DNA of 64,000 nucleotides, from the IMG/VR virus record IMGVR_UViG_3300031820_000003, positions 22,868-86,867 of that record, one strand, 5' to 3'. The translations under genes were made by a program, and so were the position numbers. This document shows positions 62,149-64,000 of the stretch, in pieces. Numbering within the stretch: position 1 is the first letter of the stretch; every line of letters begins with the position of its first letter. The notes beneath the pieces were generated by a model. It had not been told where the DNA came from. It did not search any database and saw nothing but the letters and a program-made list of their open reading frames with translations. The DNA comes from a virus. Taxonomy: Duplodnaviria; Caudoviricetes.

Positions 62149-63416
62149 CCGACAGACCGTTCAAACCTGACATTCAGGGCGCACCAGGGCTGCGCTGGTA
62201 TCCGCGCGTAGCCGGCTGGGAAGCTCGCTGGCGACCGCGCCCCGACCTCGTGCAGCGCGGCTTCAGGCCCAAGAGCGTTGGCCTATGGCGCAGCACGAAG
62301 GAAACCCCGGAGCCGAGCTCGGCCGAGCTCGCCTATATCCAGGATCGTTGCGAGCGGCTCCAAGCTGACATGCTCGTGTGGGGTCGTGGCGGCCTCGTCC
62401 AGGAATCGTCCTTCGATGGCACCGTTCGATCCTTGGTGCAGTGCTACGAGACCGACCCGGATTCGGACTTTCACAAGCTGCGGTTCCAGAGCAAGCGCAA
62501 TAGCCGTTACCGCTGCCTCGTCCTGATCCGCGACTATGGCGACCAGGCCGTGGCCGACATCGACGCGCGGCTGATCAAGCGATGGCACGAAGGATGGACG
62601 GTCGATGGGAAGATCGCCACGGGTCACATGATGGTCACGACGTTACGGACCTTGATGGGGTTCGGCGCGACCTACTTCAAGAAGCACCAGGGCGGGGCTG
62701 ACTGCGCCACCGTACGCGGGCTGCTCTCCATGATGAAGTTCCCCAACATCAAGCCGCGCAATGTCTGCTTGACGGCCGAGCACGCCATTGCGATCCGTGC
62801 CGAGGCCCACAAGCAAGGTATGCCGTCGATCGCGCTCGCTCAGGCTATCCAGTTCGAGGTCGCCTTGAGGCAAAAGGATGTGATCGGGGAATGGGTACCC
62901 ACCAGCGAGCCGGGCGTGTCCGACGTTATCGCCGGCAACGACAAGTGGACGCGCGGCATCCGCTGGAACGAAATCGATGCGAACCTGATCCTGCAACACG
63001 AGACCAGCAAGCGCGGCAAAGACATCGAATTCAATCTGCGCCTGGCACCGATGGTCATGGAGGAACTGAAGTTAGTCCTCGGACTAAATTTAGTCGATGG
63101 GCTAACAAGGTCTAAACTTCCCACGAGCGGCCCGGTGATTGTCTACGAGCGCACCGGTATGCCTTACTATCAGCACCAGTTCGGCAAGGAGTGGAAGTGC
63201 ATCGCGCGCGCCGCTGGCATCCCGGATGGGGTCCACAACATGGACAGCCGAGCCGGCGCCATCACAGAAGCGACCGAGGCCGGCGTACCGCTCGAGCACG
63301 TCCAGCACCTCGCCACGCACAGCAACATCACGACCACACAGGGCTACTCCCGCGGCAAGACGGAGAAGGTCGAGAGCGTGGCCCGAGCTCGGATCGAGCA
63401 CCGGAACAGAAAGTGA
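62145..63416 (+). CDS. int: Tyrosine recombinase / integrase
   Basis: Close homolog of 18462..19691. Confidence 0.92.
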   Translation: MTDRPFKPDIQGAPGLRWYPRVAGWEARWRPRPDLVQRGFRPKSVGLWRSTKETPEPSSAELAYIQDRCERLQADMLVWGRGGLVQESSFDGTVRSLVQCYETDPDSDFHKLRFQSKRNSRYRCLVLIRDYGDQAVADIDARLIKRWHEGWTVDGKIATGHMMVTTLRTLMGFGATYFKKHQGGADCATVRGLLSMMKFPNIKPRNVCLTAEHAIAIRAEAHKQGMPSIALAQAIQFEVALRQKDVIGEWVPTSEPGVSDVIAGNDKWTRGIRWNEIDANLILQHETSKRGKDIEFNLRLAPMVMEELKLVLGLNLVDGLTRSKLPTSGPVIVYERTGMPYYQHQFGKEWKCIARAAGIPDGVHNMDSRAGAITEATEAGVPLEHVQHLATHSNITTTQGYSRGKTEKVESVARARIEHRNRK

Positions 63417-63553
63417 ATTCCGTGTACCAGAACACTAAGCGAAAGTGCATGGGACACGGATGGAGCACTGCTCAAGCTAAGTCTTTGATTTTGTTGATGC
63501 GAAAATTCATGTGTCATGAACAAAGCGGTCAATGAAATCAACGGGCCAGTGCA
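63417..63553. other. attP-like site (end of unit B)
   Basis: TTCA-TGTGTCA-TGAA core (63506-63520) with both arms. Confidence 0.72.
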
Positions 63554-63592
63554 CTACGGGTGATCGGACAGGATGAATAGGGAGCCATAGGG

Positions 63593-63871
63593 ATGCTCTA
63601 CGGAAAAGTTGGATTGATCCTTCTGCTGGCCAACTCAGCAGCGGTCGCGCAAACGAGCGATATGCGATTTTGTGACGAGGTGAAACCTCCCACCCGAATG
63701 GATGAGCCTTTCGTCTGCATTCTTCGCGATCCAGGAATCCGGCTTATCCCAAAGCCGGGCGAGCCGACCATCAGTAACTCGCCTGCGCCTAAATGTGACG
63801 AGGGCTACGAGCTTGTTCTCAGCCAAGCCATGCGGCCAATGTGCGCGCGGGATTTGCGAGAACCGAAATAG
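63593..63871 (+). CDS. Small secreted Cys-containing protein
   Basis: Signal peptide ...NSAAVA|Q; 4 Cys. Confidence 0.65.
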   Translation: MLYGKVGLILLLANSAAVAQTSDMRFCDEVKPPTRMDEPFVCILRDPGIRLIPKPGEPTISNSPAPKCDEGYELVLSQAMRPMCARDLREPK

Positions 63872-63873
63872 GC

Positions 63874-64000
63874 GATCGGACGGGACGGTAGAGGAGCTAT
63901 AGGGATGAGCGATCCCATTGATCGACTGAAGGAAGAGGTGAGTTTCCGAGAAGCCGATCCAAATAATTACGATGAGCAGGTAACGGCTGATCTTCGATAT
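63874..64000 (+). repeat. Direct repeat copy 2 (start of a third unit; CDS from 63905 truncated)
   Basis: Identical to 20021..20147. Confidence 0.95.

Larger units (their letters stand above)
19785..63516. mobile_element. Temperate phage unit B (complete, ~43.7 kb), P22-like podovirus virion module
   Basis: Full gene set between two copies of the att core TGTGTCA (19785 and 63510). Confidence 0.92.

Noticed and set aside
1-64000. CRISPR array, tRNA/rRNA, retron or diversity-generating retroelement, invertible tail cassette
   Set aside because: I saw no spaced repeat array, tRNA T-arm/cloverleaf, reverse-transcriptase motif, TR/VR pair or serine invertase.

Overview
The whole window is phage DNA. 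I see no host housekeeping genes, rRNA, tRNA or CRISPR array. It holds two related temperate podophage-type genomes head-to-tail, plus the first ~0.5 kb of a third unit; the host is probably an alphaproteobacterium (inferred from the RopB/Omp25-type porin and protein families). Unit A (<1 to ~19.79 kb) is truncated at the left inside the major capsid gene and has a T7/BPP-1-type head-tail connector, scaffold and terminase. Unit B (~19.79 to 63.51 kb; 43,725 bp att-to-att) is complete, with a P22-type portal, tail hub and ejection proteins, a DUF4043-type capsid and a GH108 lysis cassette. Both units have the lambdoid layout and nearly the same cro/cI switch, operators (ATTCC-N5-GGAAT), xis/int and an intact attP-like site. 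Their virion, replication and recombinase modules differ. Positions 63874-64000 repeat 20021-20147 exactly. The best candidates for undescribed biology are: (1) three late structural-region proteins with Sec signal peptides, two with paired cysteines, suggesting exported or periplasm-matured virion parts; (2) a terminase-linked HExxE metalloprotein plus a HiPIP-like Cys4 domain, split in A and fused in B; (3) a four-hairpin leader with repeated loops before the scaffold gene; (4) a beta-barrel porin inside a lysis cassette with no visible o-spanin; (5) conserved linker sequences bounding swappable gene cassettes. All family assignments are by eye from motifs, without database searches.
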